Shown in pieces: positions 19,474-31,760 of a DNA stretch of 64,000 nt; the first letter of the stretch is position 1, and every line of letters begins with the position of its first letter. The position numbers and the translations under genes are program-made. The DNA comes from Ostrea edulis (lineage: Eukaryota): contig NC_079166.1 in NCBI RefSeq assembly GCF_947568905.1, forward strand, positions 54,002,001 to 54,066,000, in the 5' to 3' direction. The notes beneath the pieces were generated by a model that worked only from the letters and a program-made list of their open reading frames with translations, had not been told where the DNA came from and did not search any database.

Positions 19474-22400
19474 ATGCCCAGGTGTGGATGTGGACATCGC
19501 TTACCTTCCGCAGACTCGGGGGCAGAGGATGAGAACAGTGACGACGAAAATATGCCATCTTGGATAAAATTTTGGGAACAAGAAGATAGAAAATTCGTTT
19601 CAACGAGGGCCTCCAAACTTGTAGAGGATAAATTACGAAATTGTAACAGGGTTATCATACTGGGAGAGACTGGATGTGGTAAATCTGCCATTGCTCTAAA
19701 CATAGCATTAAAGTATAGGTCTCGGAAGTGGAAAGTTGTGATGGTGAAGAATATCAGAGACTGCTCCTGTGAAAGAAAACTCTGTTTTTTTCATTATCAA
19801 CGATCCGATAGGAAAAACTGTATTGGACGAAAAATCTTGTAGACAGTGGTACTTGCAGAAGAATTTGCTGAACCGTTATTTTTCGACAAAAAGGCAGAAT
19901 GAAAAAAAGGTCAAAACTCCAAAAGTTATTGTGACTTGTAGGTCGAGTCTTGCTGATGAAGACGTCAGTTACTATTTCAAGCAATTTTCTCTGATCAATA
20001 TGGATGAAAGGGGCTTTGAATTGGCTAAAGAGGAAAAAGAAAAGATATTAAAGAAGCATACAGATTGTTCACAATGTACCGATGCCGATGTCGATGAACT
20101 ACTGAAAACTGAGAAATCATTTCCTTTAATATCTGAACTGCTTTCTGCCAGTAAAACATTTGAAGGAAATATACTTGCGTTTTACAGAGAACCTTTTGTA
20201 GAAATCAAAAAAGAAATTCTATCTTTAAAAGACATTTCTAAAGAACAGTGTATGTGTTTGTTTATACTAAACGTGTGCGGAAATCGATTAACAAAGGAAA
20301 ACTTTGAAGAGAAAGAAGATGACTACAAGCATATTGAGAGTATTCACGATGACAGAGAGAATGGGGTAGTCAATAATGACCGAAAAAGTGAAAAGGGAAA
20401 CAATGAGAAAGACATTGAGAAGTCCAACGACTGCAACGGGGAAAGAATAGACAATTATAAAAATGACAACAAAAATGATAACGAGGATGGCAAGAACAAT
20501 AATGATAACTATGAACTCGATAAACAGATGATAAATGACTTATTGAAAGCTTTCAAGCTTCCTGAAAGCACATCCAAAAGAACTCTCTTCGAAAGTTTAA
20601 ATCAGTTTAGAGGTCATTACTTCGTGAAACGAATTAAAGATATTTTTCAAATCACAAATGGTTCTTTTCTGCGAGCATTGACTCATATATTTTGTACAAG
20701 CTTTCCAGCGCAATTCTTAAAATACTGCCCAAGTAATTTTTTTCGTACTTTGACAACATCAACTGCACAGTCGGATATCATTCCAAAAGTCCAATTACAA
20801 GATAATTATATCAATTTATTTGTGGATATAATTCAGGAAGATATAAAGACTGGCACATTTTTGGATGTTTTTCTGAGTCCTTGGATCCGGGATAAAAGCG
20901 TCTTGACCAATCTGCTTTTGCGATTCGAATCAATGCCATATGAAAAGATGATTGAGTTGACTCTCAACTCCAAATTAAATGCTCATCTGAAGATTGCAAA
21001 GCCCAAGGTACGAAAACAAATGACTGGCTTTTCTCGACTGGATTTGATTGGACTAAGTAAGGAAGTATCTCCAATAATTCTGTCACTTGTATTAAACCTG
21101 GATGACCTTTATCACGCCATGTTCACTTTGATAAGAAATAATGCAAATGGATCTAAATACTTGAATAATGCCCCTCTAATGAGTGCATGTTGTGTCAACG
21201 GACGAGAAGATCTTGCTAGGCTAGTTTTAGATATTGCAAATGACAGAAAAAGATGCTGGAGTAAACGAGAAAATATCTACCCCATGCACATTGCTGCCAA
21301 CTTCCTCAACACTGACATTTTAGACCTTGCTTTAGTTGGAGAGCATGATGTGAACATGACTACACGAACCATGGAATCACCTTTTTTCTTGGCAGCAGCA
21401 GCCGGAAAATACGCCCTCCAAAATATCCCCTGGACTCTCAAGCAAGAATTGAGCAACTCCTCTAAAACTTACGATGAATTGGTCGAGGAGAACCGTTTAA
21501 AGATCCTTACTCTTCTTTGGCAGAGAGGTGCAGATGTAAATATTCATCCAGATAAATCATCGTCTGCCCTTGCATATGCCTGTCAAAAAGGAGATATAGA
21601 TACAATCCAGTTTATGATTAAGAGTGGTGCGAGTGTGAAAGAAACTAATGATGAAAACTTTGGCGCACTACATTTTGCTTCAGAAGTAGGAAATATTGAA
21701 ATTGTTCAGCTGTTGTTGTGCAGTGGTGCAGATATCAATATCTGTACCTCAAAGGGTTTGACGCCGTTATATCTAGCATCATTCAATGGACATGCTGATG
21801 TAGTGGATATGTTTCTTTCTAAAGGAACCACCCAAGTATTGAAGGATAAATCAGAATGTAATCCATTCTTCGTAGCCTGCAAGCATGGTCATGAAAGGAT
21901 TGTCGAAATGTTTTTAGAATATGATCCGTTCGTGCATTGCAAATTGCCTGATAACACTTCAGCTTTATTGGCGGCTGTTGATAATGGACACAAGGAAATT
22001 GTTGAATTGCTTCTAAAAAAAATGGCGCTGATGCAAATATTGTTCAAAACAATAGTAAAATAAGCCCTTTATATTCTGCTTCCGGTTCTGGATATGATGG
22101 TATTTTGGAATTATTACTAAAACCCAGTGAGAGTGTCGACATGGAAACGATGAATGCGAATATTCCATTGGATATTGCATCACAAAATGGTCACCATTCT
22201 ATCGTTCAGACATTACTTGAAAATGGAGCAAATGTCAATCACTACACTTTAGAAAGGAAATCTCCATTGTTCCATGCAACTGAGAATGGTCATTATGATA
22301 TAGTGATGTTTCTATTGCAAAAGAAAGCAGAACTGAATTCCTGCACAAACAAAGGAAGAAATCCATTGATGCAAGCTTCATCTTGTGGATATGAAAATAT

Positions 22401-23994
22401 AGTTCGCGAACTTCTGAGTCATGGAGCTAATGTAAATGAAGCTGATGTCGAGGGAAGTACAGCACTTTATTTGGCCTCCGAAAATGGCCACATTGATATT
22501 GCAAAAGTGTTGTTGGCAAACAAAGCAGATGCTAGTCTGTGCAATGACGTTGGACTTACCCCACTGTATATTGCATCTCGATTTGGACATCATATAATTG
22601 TTCAAGAACTTTTGCAAAAGGATACCAAAATTTGTGGTACGTCCTCGAAAAACCCCCTACTAGCAGCGTCGTATTTTGGACATTACAAAACTGTTGACAT
22701 TCTTTTGCAAAACAGGGCAAATGTTAACGTACAAAATGACGACGGAGATACTCCTTTGATAACCGCGTCCAGAAAGGGATGGTGTGAAATCGTGAAAATT
22801 CTTCTGAAGTTTGAAGCTGATGTCAATCTTTATAATGAAGATGATGAAAATGCTTTACACTGCGCTTGTTTTATGGGTCATACAGACATTGTTAAGATAT
22901 TACTCGATCATGGTATGGATATCGATGGTCATGACGAATACACACCATTGCAGCAAGCTTTATTTGGGGAGCGTATGACTACTGCTTTGTTTCTGTTAGA
23001 TCATGTCGCAAATGCGAACATTGTCACCTATGGTACAAGTGCTCTTTATTTGGCATGTGATGCCGGATTCAAGGAACTGATGAATATTCTTTTGGAACTA
23101 AATGCAGACGTCAATCCAAAGAACCCTGATAATTCCCCTGCAGATTCTCCTCTTTTGGCTGCCATCAGAAATGGATCTTTTTACATTACAAAAGAACTTT
23201 TACGTCATGGGGCCAATATCATAAAAACGAACAGACATGGCGGCCAAAGTTTGTTAGCGATGGCTGTTGAGAACCAAAATCTTGGGATAGTGAAGTTACT
23301 CATTGAATATGGCGCTAATGTCAACGAACAAGATGAATATGGAACCACAGCTCTGCATGCAAGCGTTTATTATACAGACACTCTAGATTTCATGACAATA
23401 TTATTGAACAACAATGCCAATACGAATGTCAGGAACTATATTGGAACAACTCCATTAATGATGGCACTGCACAAAAATCCTGAGACGAAGGAACGAGTGC
23501 AGGCTCTCCTTACTCACGGAGCTGACATTAATGCCCGTGATAACTTTGGGTGTTTACCACTACACTCTGCTTGTAAATGGCCCGATGAACATGATGTTAT
23601 TCCATATCTACTAAATAATGGCGCTGACATAAATGCTCAGGATGAAAATGGAGAAACTGCACTTTATGTGACATCCTTTTATGGCTTTCTTGAGAATGTG
23701 AAAACACTTGTTCGATACGGAGCAGACATTAACCTTCACACGAGCGTTGGTCTCAGTCCACTTGATATTTCCATGCAAAACGGATATACAGATATCGAAA
23801 AATTTCTCAAACAAAATATGAACGAAGAGAAGAATAAAAGGGAAAAGAAAATATCTTCCAAATTGGAAAACAACAGTGTTTCTGTTTCACAAAGAGAGGT
23901 TGTTTTGGTTAGACAGAATGCTTTAGCGCCAGTTCTTGGAAGGAGAAACAACTCTATGAAACTTCAGAAGACATGGCAGCAAAGAAATTTTTAG
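19474..23994 (+). pseudogene. Paralogue B, copy 1: nSTAND3-like NTPase plus ankyrin repeats, two frameshifts
   Basis: Collinear with paralogue A from MPRCGCGHR to the C-terminal ...QRNF. An 8-bp deletion at ~19760 (agaga^ctgctcc vs agagacattaaatctgctcc) and a +2 A in an A8 run at 22015-22022 split it into ORFs 19462-19842, 19769-22063 and 22105-23994. Confidence 0.85.
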
Positions 23995-24269
23995 TGCACT
24001 TCTGTCGTCTTCAATTTTTTATATCGAACATTGAATTGATTTAATGGTATTCTATGTCCATCTTGAAAAACCTGCACAATCATTGATTGGTTTAAAAGAG
24101 ACGCCAGAATACATTAGACTGGTTCATAAGTGAATAATTTTTTAATTCATAACATATAGTGTTTATGAATTGTTTTATAAATTTATATTTTGTATAGATT
24201 CTTTCTCACAATATTATACTACATATGAATGATACCGTTTTTGAAAATTTTTCTCTCAACAGGGGATAA

Positions 24270-24600
24270 TTATGTCGCAATTTCTATGGTCTTTATACAG
24301 ATCTAGTTCGTCAATACAGCCTATCTTCGGGTCAAATGCTGTCTGACGTGTTTCATACCGATTGTGAGACCGTTCTTGGTACACTGATTAAATTAACTTT
24401 AATCATTAATTACGGATTATCCCGTTTGGGTGTGACCGGTCGACAGAGGATACTTACTCCTTCTAGGCACTTGATCCCACATCTGTTGTGTCCAGGGGCC
24501 CGTGTTTACCCAACTCTCTAATTTGAATTGTTTATAATTTCTTAATTTTGTATTCTTTATAAGAATTAAGAGATTTGTCACTGTTCGTTATCTTCACTTT
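24270..24600 (+). mobile_element. 3' remnant of the same retroelement family as 17856-18440
   Basis: gggtcaaatgctgtctgacgtgtttcataccgattg...tactccttctaggcacttgatcccac...cactgttcgttatcttcac is the reverse-complement homologue of 17856-18050. Boundaries are approximate. Also at ~53036-53366. Confidence 0.6.
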
Positions 24601-26391
24601 TTCTTTAATCATATTTGGTTAGAGTTACAACTTTGGTTGGAAAAAATGCATTTGAATCAGAAACGTAATTGAAGCCCTAGACATTTCAAACAATATTCTA
24701 TCGTGAAGCGATATGGACCGTATTATTATTTAAAGTATACAAATTACTTTAATGTAGCTAAATTAGTTTTTTATCCACTTTCCCATAACTACATGCTTGA
24801 AAACATTTGCATGAAAAAGAAAAAAGTGAGAAGATTATTCAAAAAGCAAATACAGTGGAAACCCATTCATTCATTTGCCACTCGACAAGATGTTAGGCAC
24901 CTATAAATAGCCTCATGCACATGAGGGGAGTCCCAATATAAAGTATATAACTCAGACGAAACTATTCAAATCTAGGTTTGAAAGAGTGACTTACGACATG
25001 GTACTGTAGTAACAAAATACACAGGTTTACACAGGTAGAATCACCGATGATCCTCTGAAATGGACACGTGACTGTAACTGGACTCATCTTCTGAATTTGC
25101 AATTACAAATGGCCCTTTGACAGTTGTTTGTGAGCAGTGATTAAAACCTAAATAATTCTGGTTTTAAGATGTGGAATAATCTATGACATATGGAATATTA
25201 TCATAAATACATATGTGCGCAAATTTAACAGTGTTTTTACAAAGTGGACAAAATTTGTCGAAATTCGGACCATACAACTTGAACTAAAACTGTACTCTTC
25301 TTCTATTTTTCGTATCCTTGTGTACGTTTCGGAATTTGCCAGTACATGCGGATATGTAATAGCCGTTATAACTGTGGTCAAATGGTGAAAGTGATGGGAA
25401 AAAGATAACAGATATCAAATAAATGAAATAAATCTATTTTCAAAAACAAGTATAAGTTAAAGTGAGACAATACACTAGTGTGTTGTAGAACTATCAACAT
25501 CCATGTAAAATAGATTAGAGCACTATTAAATGTTTTTATCACTTTAACCTCGATGTTCATCTGAAATATTTTCCTTAACATCATTTTCTCCTTAATATAG
25601 CCATGGACTTTTTCAGGCAGTTGCAAATGATGAAATATATATGTTCCAGATCCCTGGATGATCGTGATCACTTTGTACATATTTAATTCTGCCTGGCCTC
25701 GTGTTAACGACAATTCCTAATACATGTAACCGTTTACGCGGTCCACTCATCCAAACAATGTTTTCTGCGCATTTAGTGAAAATAATTCAATACTGGAAGG
25801 AAAACGGTGAAATGACTGCAATATATACAGTAATTATTTTTTCTTCGAAAACTTTCCTCTCCTTGGAGTACAGTCTGTACTTTGATTAAATCTAGATATC
25901 CACTTGAGTTTTGACTCAATTCTTCACGATGTATTCATTATAACAACTAGATGAAAATCACAACCTAACAATATTGCATAGAGGAAGGAGTTTTTTAATG
26001 CACGTGAATTGAATGAACGCTATCTTTATTTCAAATGAATTGAAGAACAAATTTTGAATAATTGCGTGCATTAGGCCTAATTATGTTATATTGATTGATA
26101 TCATATGGAAGTCACTTGGGGCTACAAATTAAACGTTCCTTGTGTAATATAAATGATCTCTTTCCGTATTGAAAATTAGATAATGATTTTGCGAATGCAA
26201 TTGTAATCCGTCATGCCATTAAATGACCAACGGTCGTTCAAATTTCAAAATTTAGACTCAGTATTGCGAATGTATTTATGATGGTAGTTTTTATCCAATG
26301 CTACAATTTAAGAGCAAGATTATGAATACACATCGTTTCTTCTCGTCAAACGCGATAATCGAAATCGAAAACATAATGCACTATATGAATG

Positions 26392-26549
26392 CAGGGGCGG
26401 ATACAAGAATTTTTGAAAGGGCGTTTCTACCTTAATTTTGGTTTTCAAACGGGGGGGGGGGGTTTCAACCCTCAAAATGCGTAATTTAAAAAAGAAAACT
26501 CCCCCTTTTTAAAGCTAAAACCGGAACTCTCCTATGGATCCGCAACATG
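26392..26549. mobile_element. Small degenerate MITE (CAGGGGCGGAT-type)
   Basis: 5' caggggcggatac and 3' ggatccgcaacatg, with an internal poly-G. Same general type as 10281-10438. Also at 55162-55321. Confidence 0.4.
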
Positions 26550-27416
26550 TGAGATATTTACATATATTAAGTATCTCACAAGTGGTCATCTTAAAAGCTT
26601 ACAGAAAGTAGAAATTAACTATTCAGAACGACTTGTGAGGGTGACCGATGGGGAAATAACATATTTTTTGATAATTATTGGTTCTGTATAAAAACAATTT
26701 CATTCTAGAATGAGGGTATGTACATAAGATATATACAAGCTATCCACACTTCAAGTGCCTGTGGATAAATATGGGCCTAGTCAGAACTATCATAAGTATA
26801 ACACAACATCTACACAATTTTTGTTGATCATGTTGAAAACTAATCGCAACTTCTCAGTTTGACGGAAAGGGCAGAGAATGTGTGATTGGTTGTATGATGT
26901 TGCCTCGCTTCGTTCTGGAAATTTCCATAAGGCTGATTCAAAACTGAAATCACGGATTAAAGCAACGAACAGGTATCTTCAACAATTATCAAAACTTCTA
27001 TCTTCTAAAAGATCAAAATCAAGCATCGATAAACAACGAAGAGAAAAGAAAACTCGCTTGGATCCGCCACTTTACTCTCATTTTTGCTATTTCGGGGTAG
27101 TTTGCAAAAGTAGGTTTTTAATAAATTTTACGAACCAATTTACTAACCAATTAAAATTTTATTATAGTTTACAGACTTCATCTCACATATGAAACAATAT
27201 TATGTAACTGTGGAGTAAGCGTTTCGGAGTACATTGGCAAAATGTGTTAATTCAGAAGTATAAATACATGTGTGTTTTAATGACTGACATTTTCTCAGAT
27301 TGTAAGTTATGGATCCGAGGTCTTCTTTTTTGATTAATGCAATCATTTCATTCCCAAAGGAAATGAACAAATCGATGCGATATTGATCTTTATCGGGAGC
27401 TAATTATATAATCATT

Positions 27417-27479
<63 letters not shown>
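27417..27479. repeat. Compound (TA)n(GA)n microsatellite
   Basis: Direct reading. The length differs in copy 2 (~56201-56266). Confidence 0.93.
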
Positions 27480-27481
<2 letters not shown>

Positions 27482-28194
27482 TCATTGTGTATTTTGCGAG
27501 GTTTTTCCTATACGTAATATTCTGTCTTTTTTAAGTATCTCTGGACGAATTTTAAAATAGAGTTGTAGCGCAATATACATGTATATAAAGCAGTGTTCAA
27601 CAAAGAATAATGTACTCTGGGTTTTTTTTAATTCGTGTTGCTTCCTCTAAGCATTAAGCATCGCTTGTTAATGCATATTATCTATAAAATATATACGGTA
27701 CCCATTCTTAACCGTTTCTATCATTCGTAATGCCATAACAATAGCATAATGAATGTTAAGCATAACTAAGTAGTTACCGGACACTCTTTCGTCTCCACTG
27801 TAACGTGGTAACTAATCTGTAACGTACATAATCACTTACCAATCATTGAAAACAAACTCTCAATTCACACTATATATAAAGTCCGATAGATTAAGTTTAA
27901 GCTGGGTTAATACCACTAGTATATAACGATCTTTGTACAGCGCACGTATTACGACACATAGCACTGCTAATAACATCTTAACCTTTTTCTGTAAAAGTTC
28001 CTTTCAATATGATATCATTTCTCCTAGGCAGACTTCTTCACAAGTAAACATCATCAGCATTTTTTTTCTGAGATCTCCAGATAACGTTGCACACACTGCA
28101 CTATTGATAACGTTTATTATGACCCGGGATAGGTTTATAGTATTTTTAATTTTGTGCATGTCTTTTTTTATTTTGTAAAATATTCTAAGGAGTG

Positions 28195-28302
28195 GGTTTT
28201 TTTGTTTGTGAGGGTTTTTTTTGTGGGGGGGGGTTGTTTGTTTGTTTGGTTTTGTTTTGTTTTGTTTTTTTGGTTTTTTTGTTGTTGTTGTTGTTGGTTT
28301 TT
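28195..28302. repeat. G/T-rich compound low-complexity tract (GTTT, GTTTT and GTT units, poly-G/T)
   Basis: Direct reading. Variable between copies (~56982-57090). Confidence 0.85.
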
Positions 28303-29996
28303 TCCTTCACAGCCAGTAGGTGCTCTCAGGTAGAAGGGGACAGTTTCGCACTAAAACTATAGGCCCGATCAACTTCCTTATACGAAGGAAATGCACCATA
28401 TTTAAAGTAATATTACAAATGTGTAAAAATGTATAGAATAATCTTAGGATACATGTCAAATGTAGCTGAGTGCTTAATGAAAATGTTGATATGCAACATG
28501 TAGGTGTCACCATGATTCCTATATATATATATATGGGTGTAAATACGAAACCTAGACCGTGTCTAAATCCCCTCGCTCAGTACCGTGATGGTATGTGGGT
28601 GGTGCGGATTAGCTCAAATGAGAGAAAATCAAAGCGAGAAAGAGGTACCTGCTCAGAACATGTTTAGTGCACCAGCGCCAGTATGTATAAATTACATGTA
28701 ATTTAGGATCATGATTTATTAACTATACCAATATGAATTACAACTATTGACATAAAAGGGAACTATGATTTTTCATTATTCTGTCATAATCTGACTTTCA
28801 TGTATACCTCCTACCCACCATTCTCTATCCAGAGTTCCGTGTGCTACTCGCATTATACGGTGTGAGTGAAACTCGTACAACACGCCCTCTGGTGAGAGAA
28901 TGCCTACCCACATGTTTCAGAACCAAAACACTGACCCCTGGCACCTCACACAGTATCAGTAATATAGATACATCGTTCATCATGCACTGTGCACTAGACA
29001 GTGGTATCAGGGCTCATTGTGGAGTGTTTTGAGGGTTGGGAAAAAGATCAGTGTATTTATTATCTGCATCCTACATACGTCGCTATCTTGCATACACGTG
29101 GGTCAGGGTGGGAGTAAAGATTTTTCACACGTGACAACCTTTGCATCTTCATCTATATTTGCAACTCGGACCTCGTCAGCTGCGGGGACTTATAGAAATC
29201 GCGAAATGGCATTGTACACTGATATATATACAATAACGTAAATAATCATAGTAACTATAGTATTATATATTATTACTACAGTAACTTGATCCGAAGAGTC
29301 GGATCACGTCGAGTTGACAGGCGCGGATCATCAGATCACACGAGACGCTAGTAGTAATGATAAATTTATTATATACCCCCTTGTGCATTTTAAATCCACA
29401 TTTATAAGATAATTAATGTAATCCAAATTATAAAAAACACAGACATACCATGAAATTATGTTTTGTATACGCAGGTTCGTTTGTGACGAGTTCAACATTT
29501 TCCACAAATAACGTTGCGTTGTTGCATTGTGACGTCATTGTGACGGCATCAGTTTCAGAGGATACTGATACGGAATCGGAAAACCGGATCACACGCTGTG
29601 AAATCCACAGTATCAGAGAACAATACATTGATGGGTATATAATAAATTGAATGATCGGGATGTACTGTAAGTGGGTGTGCCGACCTGTCTGAACTACGTG
29701 TCTGTATCAAACATACAAAGCTAAGGTTCACATGGACTTGGGGAGGAAATGGCATAGGCAACACATTGACGAGGAGAGATATTGAAACGAAATAAAGCTG
29801 AAAACCTCATGAAAACATGAAAAGACACAATTTTGAAAATGATGTCTACATTACTAATATCCGAGACGTAATGACGTCTACATTACTAGTATCCAAGACG
29901 TAATGACGTCTACATTACTAGTATCCGAGACGTAATAACGTCTACAATACTAGTCAATCGTAACTACTCGGCTATTTCCGTAACCGCAAATGAACT

Positions 29997-30573
29997 TAGT
30001 CTCGTGCAACCAGACGCTCTGCTTTTTCCGTAAATATCCGAAGAGCAGAGAGTCTGGTAAAGATACGCGATAACGTTTGTAACGTCAGATCGAGGCTTAC
30101 CAAAATTTCGGTATTTAATTTGATTGGTTGATTCAACACACCTTCAAAATAACGACTACCGAAGAAATTTGTAATATATTGAATTTGCCGTTTAAGCTTA
30201 AGGATTTACAACTAGAGTGGTTATAAAAACTTTTGCAAAAGGAAAGGATTTATGCTGTTCTACCGACGGGAAATGGTAAAACCGTTTTATCAAAATTACT
30301 TTAGGAGGCAAAAGTGAAAGTACAATTTCCAGCTGACAAAGAGCGTAATTTCTTTTTATTGGACTTATAGTTATGATTTTCCCATTTGTATCACTAATGA
30401 AGGATCAACTAAATAGCGTCAAATTTCGGAATTGACTGTTTATGTCAGAGAGAATCCAACGGAAACTAAATTAGCGCTCCCTAGCGGTAACAGTTATTAT
30501 CGCGTGTCTTTACCAGACTCTCTGCTCATCGGAGATTTACGGAGACAGCCGAGTGTCTGGTTGAACGAGACTA
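29997..30573 (+). mobile_element. AcademH-like relic, copy 2
   Basis: Same TIRs, TSD and RecQ motifs as 1207-1783. Confidence 0.8.
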
Positions 30574-31760
30574 CAAATGAACCTCGTATGTGGATCGACG
30601 CCATCAGAGTTGGTTGCTACGTATACGTAAACGTAACTTTGACGCCACAGTCGTACGTTACACTATGAAACGTGAACTTTCAAAAGCATCTAAGATATTA
30701 TACACATCTAAGGTATTGTACCACTATCAATTTCCACTTACATGTTATGTATTAGAGTGAATAAGACGTTAATGATACCAAAACTGAATCTCTGGTGAAA
30801 ATATAAATAACATACTAGTCAGGGATTCGGTTCTGGCCTTTTAACACTCATCCACAGGCGCGCTTCCGGCGAAGAAATGCATCAATTTGATGCAATTCTT
30901 GCGCCGATCTACGTCCGCGTCTTCTTGCCGGTTACGGAAAATGACGAGCGCGTGATCCGATTGCATTACTAGTATCCGAGACGTAATGGTGTCTGCATTA
31001 CTAGTATCCGAGACGTAATGGTGTCTGCATTACTAGTATCCGAGACGTAATGGCGTCTGCATTACTAGTATCCGAGACGTAATGACGTCTGCATTACTAG
31101 TATCCGAGACGTAATGGTGTCTACATTATTAGTATCCGAGACGTAATGGCGTCTACATTACTAGTATCCGAGACGTAGAAATTTACAGGGATGTTTAAGA
31201 TTTTGAAGATATATGAAAATAATAGTTGTTTGCTTGTCAAGAATAAAGAATTTTAAAGAAGTTAACTTCTACTCCAATGCCCCCCCCCCCTCCACTTTGA
31301 AAAAAGGATGCTAGGTGTCTACATGTATTATTATTTTATTTTGGTTTAAATTTCAAAATAGTTGTGATCCTCCCCAACTCCCCAAGGTGGAGCTACATCT
31401 TTGAAAGCATCGCGTATATATCAAAATCTAAGCCGGGGTATTTTTTTTATTTTTGATGGTATCCCACCTAGGCTATGATATCTCATTTGTGCAATGTACC
31501 CAACCTGTTCAATAGCTAAAATATTACATATAATGCAAGTAAAGTATCTACCGTGTTTACAGGAAATAATAATTGTGATGGAAAACATGCACTGGTGCGA
31601 TAAAAGTTTATCAACTAGAACTGATGGTGGTTAAGTGGGAGGGAAAACGCTTTCACACTGATAACCTTTTATTTAATTATTATTTTCAGGTGAAACTTCA
31701 AGAATCACTTTGTGGCTAGGATTGACCAGGGAATAAATATACTTCCAGGTAAATTTAGAG

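Larger units (their letters stand above)
1..28790. repeat. ~28.8-kb tandem segmental unit, copy 1 (phase set arbitrarily by the window start)
   Basis: The sequence at position 1 (ctgactttcatgtatacctc) recurs at 28791 and 57576. Every ORF in the track recurs at offsets of about 28766-28792. Confidence 0.97.

Noticed and set aside
26878-27192. 104-aa ORF (MCDWLYD...)
   Set aside because: No recognisable domain. It includes a MITE-like end (ggatccgccact) and a 12-bp repeat whose number differs between copies.
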